The translations under genes and the position numbers were made by a program. 37,203 nt of DNA, from the NCBI GenBank assembly GCA_037441705.1, contig JBBIRR010000038.1, positions 1-37,203 on the forward strand. The letters run 5' to 3'. Below are positions 37,174 through 37,203 of this stretch, piece after piece; positions within the stretch are counted from its first letter, which is position 1, and every line of letters begins with the position of its first letter. Origin of the DNA: Ignavibacteriales bacterium. Lineage in GTDB: Bacteria > Bacteroidota > Ignavibacteria > UBA10030 > UBA6906. Under the pieces are notes generated by a model. The model was not told the origin of the DNA. It did no database searches and saw only the letters and a program-made list of their open reading frames with translations.

Positions 37174-37203
37174 ACTCTTCGCCTTCTTCAACCTATTCTG
37201 CAC
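37168..37203 (-). CDS. 3' end of a gene entering from beyond the window (possibly an N6-methyltransferase/RM protein)
   Basis: Minus frame VQNRLKKAKSV*, with its TGA inside the R4 arm. Only 11 codons are visible. Confidence 0.45.
   Translation of the reverse strand: MQNRLKKAKSV

Overview
Mostly housekeeping bacterial DNA at roughly 55-60% GC (estimated by eye). Gene content suggests the Bacteroidota/Ignavibacteria/Chlorobi group: alternative GlmU-like protein, DUF5916 protein, yicC-gmk-rpoZ-coaBC-udg-dnaB order, some TAnnTTTG promoter boxes. The + strand block (1-25.2 kb) holds LPS/sugar genes, eno, a phosphohexomutase with a DUF4921 GalT-like gene, ABC-F, rlmD, secreted/outer-membrane proteins, cdd-ATL-tag, an FKBP, an AmrS radical SAM and a GT2. 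The - strand block (25.2-34.9 kb) holds DUF4412, a DUF1460 amidase, dnaB, udg, coaBC, rpoZ, gmk, yicC, a YdeI-like protein, a DinB-like protein and nfo. The most unusual part is the AT-richer right end (36.1-37.2 kb). There, four 72-90 bp palindromic repeats built from GATT/AATC boxes at about 9-nt period bracket an intact GxxExxY PD-(D/E)XK nuclease gene, a decayed second copy and a short fragment resembling a restriction-modification C-terminus. Each repeat arm supplies the stop codon of the reading frame running into it. Other non-obvious items: a structured, terminator-ended leader RNA (15.46-15.60 kb), a candidate minus-strand sRNA after eno, a DnaA-box cluster upstream of dnaB, and a 49-aa 8-Cys protein missing from the ORF track. 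I saw no tRNA, rRNA, CRISPR array, transposase or integrase. Family assignments come from motif recognition only; no searches were run.
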